From: Takakia lepidozioides
Taxonomy: Eukaryota; Plantae; Bryophyta
Length of the DNA: 64,000 bases
Assembly: GCA_030704615.1 (NCBI GenBank)
Contig: CM060731.1
Span: 32,860,001 to 32,924,000 of the forward strand
Direction of reading: 5' to 3'
Shown: positions 39,801 through 52,140 of the stretch, one piece after another
Layout of the letters: every line of letters begins with the position of its first letter
Numbering within the stretch: the stretch's first letter is position 1
The notes under the pieces: generated by a model
Seen by the model: the letters and a program-made list of their open reading frames with translations, nothing else
Told to the model about the DNA's origin: nothing
The model's database searches: none
Program-made: the position numbers and the translations under genes

Positions 39801-41081
39801 TAACACTGGGCATCTCCATGCCCATACTTGCCACAATGCCCAACTGCAACTGTGCAGGCTGTGCTTGTGCCGGCCTTCTGCCACTCTCTGGGCAATCTCT
39901 CTTGACATGGGGTCCTCCACATGTCCAACATATCACCCCTGGTTGCTGTTGGCCTGCAAAAGATGCCACGGGCCTCTGCACCTGAGGTCCCCTGTAAGCT
40001 CCATGGAACTTGGGCTGGGCAACCTTGCCCCCTGACCACGCTGTTGGGCAGTCCCTTGTGCTGTGGGCTGACAGCTGTGCCCCGTACAGGCATGTCCTTA
40101 CCAAATCCAATTGTAACAACTCGCTCGCTCCTCCACCATGTTGAGCTCAATCCGCTCAGCCAGCAGAAACACATCTGCTAATGTGGGTTGGGCTGCTTGT
40201 AACAGGGTTGCATCTCGCACCCTTCTCTTGAGCTCCTTGTCCAGAATTCCATACCAAAACTGGATTGCCTGAGCTTCAGTAACCCCTTGGGTCACACTTA
40301 TCAAGCGCCTCATACGAGTGTACGCCTCTCGCAGGCTCTCACTGGGTTTGCGCTGGAAGTCTTGCAAACTTCGCAGCTTCTCTGTCCGTACACCTTGGTA
40401 GTTCCTCCGCAACTCCTGGAAGAACTCCACCACCGGGTTGAATCTTGGCAAATGTGTTGTAGTCGTGGCAGGAGAAGCACCTTTTGAACTGGTACCACCT
40501 TCAGAAGTACCAGCACTACTTGCTCCACTACTAGTGCTGGCAGTGGGAGCTATTGGTACTGATGCTACTGGTCGCGTCGTGCCTCGAGTAATGGAGACGT
40601 AGTCAGGTGACCAATACATCCTCCACTCCACTCCTCAATCTGCTTCATGTCCTCGCCTGAACTCGTGGTAATCGTCCATAGGCGGGCCTTCCAAATGCTG
40701 GAACAGTCCCTTCCACGCCATGAATGGGGTGAATAGCTGTGGATTGCGCATCTGCTGCAAATCACACCAGCTGTCGAACTCCTGGATAAAGTCATCCAAC
40801 TCGATTGTGCCCACAGCTCCAGAGTACCTACGAGGCCCCCTTGGTAGCTCATACATCTCCTCCATGTCGTCCCACAACAATGGCGAATGAAAGTGCACAC
40901 CTGTTGATGAAGCCTCCGAGTCTGTGTCTGACGCTACAGTAGTTGAGGGTGGCGGTGAAGGTGGTCTGAACCGAATACCTCGTCTTGTGAACCCACTCTC
41001 ACTGTCACTGCTTGTAGCCGTACTCCCCTCAAAACCCTTGGGTAACTCCGTAATGACACTCACAATGTGCACCTCCTCCAC
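36896..41081 (-). pseudogene. D2 gag-protease-DNMT3-like methyltransferase (frameshifted, all motifs present)
   Basis: Gag 40098-41081, RVLLDSGAQ (38451-39506), LLDLFGG (38045-38416), DLIVAGWPCQGHS (37722-38060), YILENV and AHRPRLWWTN (37342-37875). Confidence 0.92.
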
Positions 41082-41596
41082 GTGACACTATAAGGCTCTA
41101 GTACTAATCTAATAGTGACACGGTGGGCACCTGTTGCAGTCTAAGGGTCATATCCCAATGGCTCAGGGCACCTGCACCTGCATCCACCGCAAGAACTCCT
41201 ATGGTTGGCTGGTCATCAACCCAGCCTCACCATAGAAGAAACACTGGTGGTCTTGCTGGTCATCACTCCAGCCTCACCACCGACAGCATACTCTAGGATT
41301 GACCGGTGATCAAATCCGGCCTAATCCCTATGAAAGCAAGCGCCCACACAAAACCAACATGGCGCACAGTCAAGCATGCAGGTGTTGGGGGGGATCCAAA
41401 CACAAGAAATCAAAATCAACACCCCCACACCAAAATCCAGCTGCAATGTTGATCCTGCAGAATATCCCAGCCCAAAACCCCGACTGACTGGCCTCCACCA
41501 AGAGAGGCTTTGGCAACTACAAGTACAAGGTAATGAAAATAGTACAGAGATGGAGGGGAAGAATAGAAGCCCGCCCAAGCAAGATCTAATCCTGAT

Positions 41597-42319
41597 CTAT
41601 GCTATCAACTTCCAGACTTCTCTCAAAGTGCCTCGCTCTGCTTGATGGTAAGGTGTAGGAGGTATAACAATGTCCAGAAACCTGCCACTAACCTTGTCCC
41701 AAACTACAGTAGCTCGCTCTAACCAACCCTCCTCCTCTTTCTGCCAGGTAGAGACAAAGCAGTACTCCCCTATCTCCCGCTCACTGAACACTAAAGAAAA
41801 CAAAGGTAGGGTCTGATAGTCTCTCAACTCGAAAGCTTTGAGACGGTTGCGGGTGTCCTTCATTGCGATGACTGCATCGCCTTCAAACAGAACAAACTTG
41901 TCCTCGCTAATGAACCCCCGTTCGTGGTTGCCTTGTGCAGAGCGTGTCCGTCTGCAACACTGTCTAATTGCACAAACTTGTGTAGCTCCTGCTCCTCTGC
42001 TCCAGTACACCACGGCCTTGTGACTGAACACCTTGGTCCCCGGGGCTGTCTTTGGCTGTGTTCCAAGCCTAGCTTTCACCCACTTTGGTATTTCACCTAC
42101 AGCTGCAGAACTGCTGGCTCCAACAGAGTTCTGACTGTCCAAGGCGATATTGAGGCCCTCAATGCCAACTACAGCAGTCTGTTGTCTACTGCTAATGCCT
42201 GACTCCCAGTATGCAATCAACTCGTCCAACTGTTCTCCACTCAAATCAGTCTGAGTTCCTTGGGAAACATAAATCGTCCCCTTGTGTGCACAGACTAAGA
42301 GAAGAGACCTGCCCTTCAA
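41597..42319 (-). CDS. Uncharacterised 240-codon open frame in the D2 leader, upstream of gag
   Basis: Stop-free with globular-protein-like composition. No family recognised and the start codon is uncertain. Confidence 0.4.
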   Translation of the reverse strand: MKGRSLLLVCAHKGTIYVSQGTQTDLSGEQLDELIAYWESGISSRQQTAVVGIEGLNIALDSQNSVGASSSAAVGEIPKWVKARLGTQPKTAPGTKVFSHKAVVYWSRGAGATQVCAIRQCCRRTRSAQGNHERGFISEDKFVLFEGDAVIAMKDTRNRLKAFELRDYQTLPLFSLVFSEREIGEYCFVSTWQKEEEGWLERATVVWDKVSGRFLDIVIPPTPYHQAERGTLREVWKLIA

Positions 42320-42596
42320 TTACGTCCTCATTTCCCCCAGCCATGCAAGGAGTACATCCACCAATTTGTCTCTCATATAGACCAGCACAGGTTCTAGAGA
42401 CAGGATTGTGGATCTTTCATGGCACACTCACACTCTAAAAATTCCATAGATTTTTAGTAGAGTCCCAAAAACAGAAACCAGGTCTAGATAGGTAGATTTC
42501 CCCTTTCTGCAGCTATCCCCTCAAAAACTGAGTCAAACGGAGCTCATTTGACAAAGATATGACCAACCAGGCTCTTAAACATTTAAATTAGATCAA

Positions 42597-42635
<39 letters not shown>

Positions 42636-42954
42636 CCAAAACGCTTTTGCCATTACAACCTGTTCCCAGGTTATCTACGAGTTCCCGAGGTCGTTCATGT
42701 AGTTCTCACAGGTTCCCTTACCAATGTCCACAGAGCTTGAGCTGCCAAAAAAAAAAACGGGATCTTTGCACCACGGCCAAGGAAGGGGCCGCAGCAAGCC
42801 GCGTGCATGCCATTGCTGTCGCCATCTCTTTCCCGCTTCCTCACCTAGCCCAAGCTTGCAAACTCTGAGTGGGCTCTATTGCGAGTTTCTCCTCGCCGAG
42901 CAGATGCCAGCACAGCGACGACAGATCGAACGGACGGCCAATCTTCGAACCTAA

Positions 42955-43239
<285 letters not shown>

Positions 43240-43639
43240 TGATTTGGTGTCCGCCAGACTTATGCTTCCTGGCCCCCAGCCGAATAGAGAGAACGCTGCC
43301 CCAACAATTGTAGATTCCGCTTCGCTTATTTGAAGACGATGCTTGGCAAAATCTTATCTCAGTAAGTGATATTAAGAAACTTGGCCATGGCTTCCACGGC
43401 ACCTGGTGGCCACTGCAGCTCTACACCAATCCACCTGATATTGATGTACTGCGGTTCCCGAGCAGTGGTCTCAGAGAACCGTTCCCTGCCCGGCTGCGGT
43501 CACCTTCTCCACAGCACTGCCGCTAGAGCTGCATGAGCCTCAGTGTAATTTGGATACTTCCGGACAAGGCCTTGTATCAGTTTCTTGGCCTCCCCCAATC
43601 TGTCGAGCTGAAAGAGAACCAGAGCTTACTTGAGTCGGT

Positions 43640-43905
43640 ATCTGAAATCCTGGGCCGCCTCCTCAAACTTCAGAAGGGAGACCCTCACACTCCCCCGGTT
43701 GGACCAGACACTGGCATTTGCGGAATCCTCATCTATCAAAGCTGAAAACAATTCTTCAGCAGTTTCCAGGTTTCCAGCAACCGCCGCCCTGAGAGCACCC
43801 TGCAGCTTGGGATTTTCAACGTCTTTGAGCTTTACTCTCGTTGAAACTGCTGCTTTTGCAGGAAGATCAACATTGCCCAACCTTAGTGCTCCAAGTGCCA
43901 CAGAA
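43640..43905 (-). pseudogene. Fragment of a plant TPR-repeat protein captured in D2
   Basis: AEELFSALIDEDSANASVWSNRGSVRVSLLKFEEAAQDF fits a TPR consensus. Confidence 0.7.
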
Positions 43906-44856
43906 GGCTGAATAACAGCTGGCGTCAGGCAGTTACTGACGAGTGCCCTGCGATACCGGCATTACCATCTCTTCCTTCTCTGCCTAGCCGCTCCTCAGCT
44001 ACAGACCTCAGGCTTCGTTGAAACTTGAGCTGGGTAATACCCTGATTCTTGGGCTCTCCATAAGCGGTACCCTTGCTCACAGGCCTCTTCAATCCAAAAA
44101 AACGGGCTGGCTTGGAGTCACCCACGGCAAGCCCTTCATTTCCACTCCACGGCAGCCCAGAGACGATGACAGGATCGCTGCAGAAGAATCTAGGCACGAA
44201 AAAGAGCTAACCTCTAACCCGTCGTTACTTGATGAATCAATCAGGCAGCATTCATCTCCAGTAGCCTGAGCAAGATCTCTACTAAACGCGTGACTCCAGC
44301 AAGATCCGCTAGCAGTAACTGCAAGTGAAGTATCCACCGCAAGCTTAATAGCTTTCTGCCGCTCCGGAATGGTTAAACACTCAGTTGAATCATTCACAGA
44401 CCTGTGTCACACCAAGGTATATTATAATAGTGCTAAAACAAACATTATATCTAGCTTAGCACTAGAAAACTAGATGGCTGATCTCTCTCGAGTGATAATG
44501 AAGCTTGAAAGGACATACACTCCCAACACAAGAAATATATATAAAATCCATCGCTATCACTCATTGATTGAAACTGAAGTCGAGCCAGGGGCACCCCAAG
44601 CTATGGGGACTCCACCCCACACAACCCTGTATCCCTACATAAGCACACTAAAACCTAAACACATGCAGGAGCTCGGTCGCGCAGGCTCAACTCGAGAGAG
44701 ATGAGCCGCGCGACTGCCGCTCTCGTGAAGATAAGACGGACCAGGTGTCAAACTAAACTTGACACCTGATTTAACACTTGACCTAAATCCAAGTGTTAAA
44801 TACAAACAACTAGTTTTATGCTAGCTGTTTTCACACTGTGCTTATTTAACTTGACA

Positions 44857-45815
44857 CATTCATCAGCCGGGCATGGCAATGGATTGCGAGACTCGAGGTC
44901 GGGTCTGTTTTGGGAGATGGTGCGGGTTTTGCGCCACTTGCAGCTTCATCAAGCTGTATCTCCAGCATACATCTTGGAGAATGTGCCACTGATGGGCGAT
45001 TCTCGGGCCAGGGTGATGGCCAGTGTGCATCAAGTCCGGTCGTGGCTTGGGTCAGCAGTGTTGCTGGATGCAGCTACAGTGGGGTCACGGGCTCATCGTC
45101 CACGGCTATGGTGGACTAACATGATGCCACCCGCACTGCTCAAGCGTGCATTTGATGGGGTGCAGCGGCCAGCACATCTCACAGTGGATAACATTCTGGA
45201 CACAGGGAGGCAGTCTCAACGTGTGAGACACGATGACCGTTCGCCTTTGGCAGTGGTCAACAAGGTGGGTCAACCACGAGCAGCATTACCTACACTGCTC
45301 AGCTTCCCAGGATCGCATGCTTTCCGGATAGTGGACCTGGCCTCCTATGGGATGCTCAGTTGCAGCAGTTAGTGGAGCCTAATGCTGACGAGCGTGAGCG
45401 GGCAATGGGTTTTACCACTGGTACCACGGCGGTGTCGTCTCTTTCTGAGGCATCACGTCGTCAAGTGTTGGGGCAAGCAATGGATCTCAATTGCTTGACC
45501 TGGATTATCAGCTTGGCTCTAGCTGAGCAACGCAGAGTGCGGAATACACTTCCCTCAATGGTCTCTCTGCCTACCGAGACGGTACAGGCAGTGAGTGGGG
45601 GCGAGCATATGAGGACCACGGGGTGCATGCATCCATGGCACACGTGGGAGGTGCTCGAGGTTCAGAGGGAGTTGGCAGCCAAGGCGGCTGTGATGGATGA
45701 GGTTGGGGATTCTTCTCGAGTTGAGGAGGTCCTCAAGGATGAGATGATGGGGCAGGATGATGCCTTGTCATTGACTGAGCAGGTAGGGAGTACTGCTCAA
45801 GAGGTTGCAGCATAG
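44857..45815 (+). pseudogene. D1 methyltransferase C-terminal part (motifs VI, VIII, IX, X), ending at TAG 45813-45815
   Basis: HSSAG...SGLFWE...YILENV...LDAATVGSRAHRPRLWWTN...ERERAMGF...RRQVLGQAMD parallels DNMT3 (LFENV, AHRARYFWGN, EMERVFGF, RQRLLGRSW). Confidence 0.92.
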
Positions 45816-48800
45816 CAACCACGGGACGCGTCCTCTACCTCTAAGCCCACTGGACTTAAGGTTGTAGTTACGGAGGACAATTGGGAGCCTGACATTGGAC
45901 CCATTGTCACCGGAGGAGAGAGACGACGTATACGGTGGTTCTTGAGGGCTTACAGAAATTGCTTTGCCTTCAGTTTGAAGGACTTGGGAGCACTGAAGGG
46001 TCAAGAGATCCGTATTGAGTTGGCCACTGACACGCCAATCTTTCGGAGACCCTATAGATACAGTGACATGGAGAGGTCTTTGATTCAGATGAGGACTCAA
46101 GATCTCTGGGAGGCAGGTTTGGTGGAGCTCTCTGGTGGAGAGTATGCTTCAGCCACAGTGATGCCAGCCAAGAAGGATGTCTATGGCAATTGGACGGAGA
46201 GACGTATGTGCGGTGATTACCGGCCTGTAAATCGTCAGACCAAGTCCGATAAGTATGCCATGCCAACACCAGAGGAGATCTTTGATGCCATCGGGCATGC
46301 TAAGGCCTTTAGCACTTTGGATTTACGATCCGGATATCACCAGTTGCCAATCAAGGAGGCGGACAAGTAGAAGACGGCATTCTGGGGGATCAATGAGCAC
46401 GGCAAGGATTGCCTATATCAGTGGCGGTTCTTACCATTTGGGCTTAAGAATGCTCCTGCAGAGTTTCAGAGAGTCATGGATAGGATTCTAGCAGGGGTGG
46501 ACTTTGCTTGGTGCTACATAGATGAGCATCATCATCTTTAGTGTTACGATGGAGGAGCATGAGAGACACCTTCAGGTGGTATTGGAGCGCTTGAGAGCGC
46601 ACGGATTGAAGTTGCATCCGGGGAAGTGCAAGTTTTTCCACAACCAGATTGAGTATCTGGGTCACATGATATATCCTGGAGGATTGGGGGTACAGCAGAC
46701 TAAGGTAGAGGCCATTGCACAAATTCCACGCCCCACGGATGTGAGCCGAGTTCGAGCTTTCATGGGGTTGGCAAACTATTATAGACGGTTTGTCAAGGGA
46801 TTTAGTACCATTGCAAAGGCTCTAACCAAGCTGACCAAGGTGGACCAGGAGTGGCAGTGGGAAGATGAGCAGGAACGAGCTTTTCAAGAGCTCAAGGCGA
46901 GGTTGACCTCGGCGCCTATCTTGAGACGACCTATCAGGGGGCGTCCCTTTCAGCTGCATACGGATTGGAGCATGCTGGGGCTTGGAGCGGTGCTCACACA
47001 GGTGGATGATGAGGGAAAGAGTTCGTAGTGGCTTACGCTAGCCGCTCGAACAACGCTGCAGAGGCTAAGTACAGCTCATATGAGGGAGAGTGCTTAGCTG
47101 CAGTGTGGGCCGTGGCACACTTCAGGTGCTATCTATACGGCAATCTTATCACCCTTGTCACGGATCACCAGCCACTCAAGTGGTTGATGGAGTCAGACAA
47201 GCTTACGGAGAAGCTTGCACGGTGGGCACTTATACTCCAGGAGTATGACTTTCAGGTTGTGCATCGACCGGGTTTGGTCAATCGGGATGCGGATGGATTG
47301 AGTCGCAATCCATGCATGAGCCAGCAGGATGACACTGGAGCTTGGTGGCATGGTGAGACGGACGAGGAGATGGTGCCGGGATGGCACGCATCTGCATTTT
47401 TGTGTATCTTGGCATCGGGAGGTCAGATTGGACCTACAACAGGGATGACTGTAGACGGAGTGTCTGAGGACCCTGAGACTAGTGATGAGCTAGGTGGTGC
47501 CAGAGATATACATGGAGGATTGGCTGTGTTGGACTACCTCCGCACGGGAGACACGGCAGCCATTGTGACTGCCAGGGAGAGGGATCGGATCCTGCAACGA
47601 GCCAAGAGGTTCAAGTGGGAGGGGATACACCTACTTCGAGCGTGGGAGGATGGTCGGGTGAGGATTGTGCCTCACCCCACACAGCGTGCACGGTTAGTGC
47701 GGCATGCCCATGAGGAGTTGGGGCATTTTGGAGTGCGACGCACTCACAGTTTACTGCAGGGGCAGTATTGGTGGCGTGGTATGCATACAGAGGTGCAACA
47801 GTTTGTGGCTAGGTGCATGGTGTGTGACAGGGTGCGTGCTTCATTCAACGCCCCTACACCACAGTTGCATCCTTTACCTATCATGGGATTGGGCTACAGG
47901 TGGAGTCTTGACTTCGCAGGACCGTTGCCACTGACTATGCGCCACCACAGATATGTGTTGGTGATGGTGGAGCACTTCTCCAAGTGGATTGAGTTGGTTC
48001 CATTGCCTGACAAGGCTAGTGAGGGGGCTGCGTATGCATTCTTGGATCGTGTGCTTAGCCGATTTGGTGCTCCAGCTGAGGTACTCACGGACCAAGGGAG
48101 AGAGTTCTTGGGGGAGTTTCAGGCTTTGTGTGATAAAGCCTTGATACCACCGCACCACTTCTCGGGATCATCCTGAGGCCGATGGCTTAGCAGAGAGAGT
48201 TGTTCAGACGGTGAAGAGGGGTTTGCGCAAGTATGGCTTGCAGAAGGGACACCTAGGAGATTGGGATCTTCAGGTTCCTTGGTTAGCCATGGGCTACAGG
48301 TTCAGCAAACAAGCATCACTTGCCTCCTTCTCACCATATTTCCTTCTCTTTGGCCGAGAGCCGGATTTGCCTGCAGCCATTCGTAGGGACACTGCTCAAG
48401 TCCTTAACCTTGACGATCCGGACGTGTGGGTACGTGCATGTGATCAGCGTGCAGAGTTGTTCAAGAAAGTCATGCCCATGGCTTTTGAGAACCTTGCCAT
48501 TGCACAGCACCGTGATACGTTGAGGTATGCCACTATACGTGGTAGAGGATATCGTCCTGGGGTTCGGAGGTTTAGCCCTGGTGACTATGTTTATTTGCAG
48601 CAGACTGCTCCTACGACTCTGGATGTTACTGCAGGGCGTGTTATTCTGAGGGTTCGAGAGGTGTTGCCCTCAGGGGTCCTGATCTTGGAGGGTCGGGATG
48701 GCATGACTTGGAAGGACCATGTGCGTAATTGTGCGCCATGTCACCTTCCCAATGTCGATGGCAGAGTTGACCCAAACTTGGCAGTGGTACCTGCAGGTTT

Positions 48801-48948
48801 GAGGTGCATGCTCTGTGGGTCTGCCAAAGGGGCAGCCACCATGCTGGTGTGTGATCGATGCTCAAGGGGTTGGCATATGGGATGCTTGACACCACCTCTT
48901 GAGAAGGTTCCTGACGGAGATTGGTTGTGTCCACACTGCTTGGGATAG
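45816..48948 (+). pseudogene. D1 RT-RNaseH-integrase-PHD finger (few disruptions)
   Basis: RT 45942-47028, RNaseH and integrase HHCC/DDE 47028-48176, C-terminal CMLC...CDRC...WHMGC...WLCPHC (C4HC3 PHD) in 48211-48948. Confidence 0.93.
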
Positions 48949-49207
48949 TGGCAGTGGACATGACTGGAGGCAGCTAACAAGACATGGGAGGCCAAGCTCA
49001 TAGGAGTCAATACATGAGATCCCAAGCTCAAGTTCACAGGTTGCAAGACGGCGACTAACGATGGGGCAACTCTTGCACCCGGCCTCTTGATCTATCGAGT
49101 TTGAGTGTAGTAGGGATAGTGGTGGAGGACTTAGTGAGGCTATGGTCACTATCACATCTTGTGGCTACCTGGACTTAGAGGGACCTAAGCACCAGCTAGG
49201 GGGCGAT

Positions 49208-49890
49208 TGTGGACTAGTGACTGCCATAGTGGGCAGCGTAGTGGCAGCCTAGTGACTGACTAGTTGTAGCCTAGTGGTTGGACTAGTGGCTGGACTAGTG
49301 GTATACTAGTGTGTGGTGTGCACATGTGTTGTGTGGGTTTTGGACAACGATGTAGTTGTGTAGCGATATGTATGCGCACGACAGCTGTCAAGTTATTTTA
49401 CCACTAGTGTGAAACTAGCTAGGAAATAGCTAGCTTTTACATATTGACATTTGGGATTGGCCCAAGTGTCAATCCAGGGGTCAAGGCAGATTTAGGCCCT
49501 GGAGTGGTTATCTTCACGGCAAGCGCGGGAGGCTCATCTTTCTCGAGTTGAGCCTCACCGCGCCTAGCTATGGCGCCGTAGTGTGGATTCCCCATGGCGT
49601 GGGGTGCACTTGGCTTGACTTGTATTTGAGTGATGAGGTTATATATGCATGAGTTTATGCTTCAGCTTTGTGAGCTCGCATGAGCTTGTGCTTGTATTCT
49701 TCCTCTTTATCATTGTGTGGACTAGTGACTGCCATAGTGGGCAGCGTAGTGGCAACCTAGTGACTGACTAGTTGTAGCCTAGTGGTTGGACTAGTGGCTG
49801 GACTAGTGGTATACTAGTGTGTGGTGTGCACATGTGTTGTGTGTTTTTGGACAACGATGTAGTTGTGTAGCGATATGTATGCGCACGACA
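49208..49890 (+). repeat. D1 3' terminal array X-gc-Y-t-X (one complete LTR 49208-49712 plus an extra X)
   Basis: Direct repeats read from the sequence. X/Y junction is the palindrome GACAGCTGTC (49380-49389). Confidence 0.92.
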
Positions 49891-49894
49891 GCAC

Positions 49895-50794
49895 TGAGCT
49901 TCGAATCCCACCCAGACACACAGTGAGATGTGATGAAGCAATGCTTGTGCAGCAGGTACACTTCTTCTCCCAAGAAAGCCCACAGTTCATCTTCACCCTT
50001 GAACCAAGAAGTCACACGCACGATGTTGCGTACCACCTTTTCCTTCACCAACAGCGTATGGGCAGGATATGCCTTGGCTGCTTCGGCCTTGTAGAGACCT
50101 ACTATTTCACGCCGAAAATAATCCCCGGAAAGATCAACACATCACCGGGACAAAAAAGTAACTCAGAGTCGGAAATACCAGTGATGAGCTCTTCCCAAGT
50201 TGGGATCACAGGTAGGGGCTGGCGGAACTCGAGGCCTTAAATTAGCAAGTAGAATTGATGTACCTCCTTTAACTAGTTCCCACAATCGTAGAGGGCTCGG
50301 CTTGTCAGGAGGCAGGAAGCTCAAGCTCTCAGCTCTACACCCAATTCTCGACTCACAGAGAATTGTGGAATGTCCAAGACAGCCCAACTAAGTTTCTCAC
50401 CAATCTCCAACTGCTCCTTCGCACTAGCAAGGGGAATCTGTAGAGTGACTTCCCTGGAATGGAGCTTGAGGAGAAGGTGTGCGGCGTAGGCTCCCTGAAG
50501 AGACTCGCGAATGCACCGGCTCTGCTCCCTCTGCTCCTCTTTAGTGTGTATGGGCTTGCAAGCTTCTTTGCATGCAGTTTCCTCAAAGGTCTTGGCCCAG
50601 AACTCTGAGGGCGTGTCCAGCGGGAGCTCAGGCCGTGGAATAGGTTCTCCCTCCGGATAATCGACAAGCACCAGAGGTAACAGGTTGCGTGCAAGCTCAC
50701 AAATGTAGCGAGATTCCAACGCCTGGGTCTGTCTCAAGCGCGGGACCTCGAATTGATCAAGCTCAAACCAACCACGCTCAAAACTGGAAGCCAT
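49895..50794 (-). pseudogene. Extra ORF upstream of gag in Gypsy-1 (unknown function, disrupted)
   Basis: MASSFERGWFELDQF... from ATG 50794, between PBS and gag. Degenerate continuation up to the D1 insertion site. Confidence 0.45.
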
Positions 50795-50839
50795 AGTGCT
50801 CACTTGCGAAACTCTCAAAACACAGAAAAGCTCGAGTGG

Positions 50840-50880
<41 letters not shown>

Positions 50881-51003
50881 GCATGACATACAAGCCGCCA
50901 TTTTGCCACTACCTCTCCCCTCAATCATGCAGGATCCCCCGTACACAATCTACTGCTCTCAGGTGTTTCGTACGAGCCAAATTCTTTGTTAACGATTTTT
51001 AGT

Positions 51004-51021
51004 TACCCCGCATCTCCACCA
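51004..51021 (-). promoter_or_regulatory. Primer binding site complementary to the tRNA-Ala 3' end
   Basis: TGGTGGAGATGCGGGGTA immediately after the 5' LTR. It complements the plant tRNA-Ala(AGC) 3' end TACCCCGCATCTCCA-CCA (recalled, not searched). Confidence 0.85.
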
Positions 51022-51544
51022 TGATTCCGGTGCTATGGGTTTGTTCCCCTTCTTCTACCGGACTTAATCCTATCTAGGGAATGTAGTCGATAGATGGGTC
51101 TGGCAGAGAAGACGGAATCTCACGAAGAGGACGCAATAGAGTCAGACTTCCAAAACGCATTCATCCACACACTCAAGCACACTGTTAGACCAAGCGTACA
51201 CTCGAGTAAGACCCAAAAGCCACCCCCTCACTGCCACGACAGTCGAGCTTAAATAGTATTAGGTCGTAATCTAATCTTAGTGCCGTGTGGCACTTATATA
51301 TAGGCCAGCCAGATGCCCTTCAGCATAGCCATAGCAGATCCATCCTAATCTAATCCTAAACTAGCTGTTAGAATAAGATAGCACCTAATAAAGTCATAAG
51401 CTGTTGCTAGCTCATCCTCATGCGCAAGGTATAAGTTCATCCAGACTTCATCCTGGCTCCGTCCATCCCTAAATCATCCGGGGCGCATCCCTCCTCCGTT
51501 CATCCAAGTCGAAAAGGAAGGTGAGAAGGAATCCCAGCTCCACA
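51022..51544 (-). repeat. 5' LTR of Gypsy-1
   Basis: TG...CA, colinear with 15781-16321, followed by the PBS. Confidence 0.9.
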
Positions 51545-51864
51545 CCCCACTCTACACTACATAATCTTCAGATCTGGTGGTTGGATTTGGATGAAATTTT
51601 TTGTGGTAGGAGGTGAGGTAGGTGGGAAGTAATTCCAACGGACAGCTTTACAGGGACACATAGATTCTCCAGATAATTGTCTTTTTGTGGGCCAGGGTCA
51701 TGTTTTTCCACGAGAGGGTGAAAATGAGTTTTGACACTTAAGGGTTAAGTTATGTGTTATTTCACTGTAAATGTTATGGTTTTGATACTCTGAAAAAAAA
51801 ATACACTAGAAACCATGTCAAGAGTGTTAAGTGGTTAATTGTTAGTTTATCCTACTCTTAAAAA

Positions 51865-52140
51865 AAGGTATGACGCCTCCCGAAGGAAGCGTAACTTATG
51901 GTGTCACTTCACCACAAGGGCTACTGCCTTCCAGCTGAAAGGTGGACACCTTCATAACACCACCACCGTGGTTTGAACCGACACCACATCCAACGTGGTA
52001 TGTGCCCATTACCACTGGGCTACATTTGGTTACTCTTCTCTTCATGTAGGAGACAACGAACCGACAACCAACATGTAGCCCAGTGGTAATGGGCACATAC
52101 CTCCACTAGAAGCATTCGTGTCATTTACCACTGGGGTAAC
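51865..52140 (-). mobile_element. SINE-like repeat (rearranged copy), homologous to 58142-58325
   Basis: Shares GACACGAATGCTTCTAGTG and an about 80-bp block (...AAGTGACACCATAAGTTACGCTT...) with the 58 kb copy in opposite orientation. A-box-like CCCAGTGGTAA. Confidence 0.5.
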
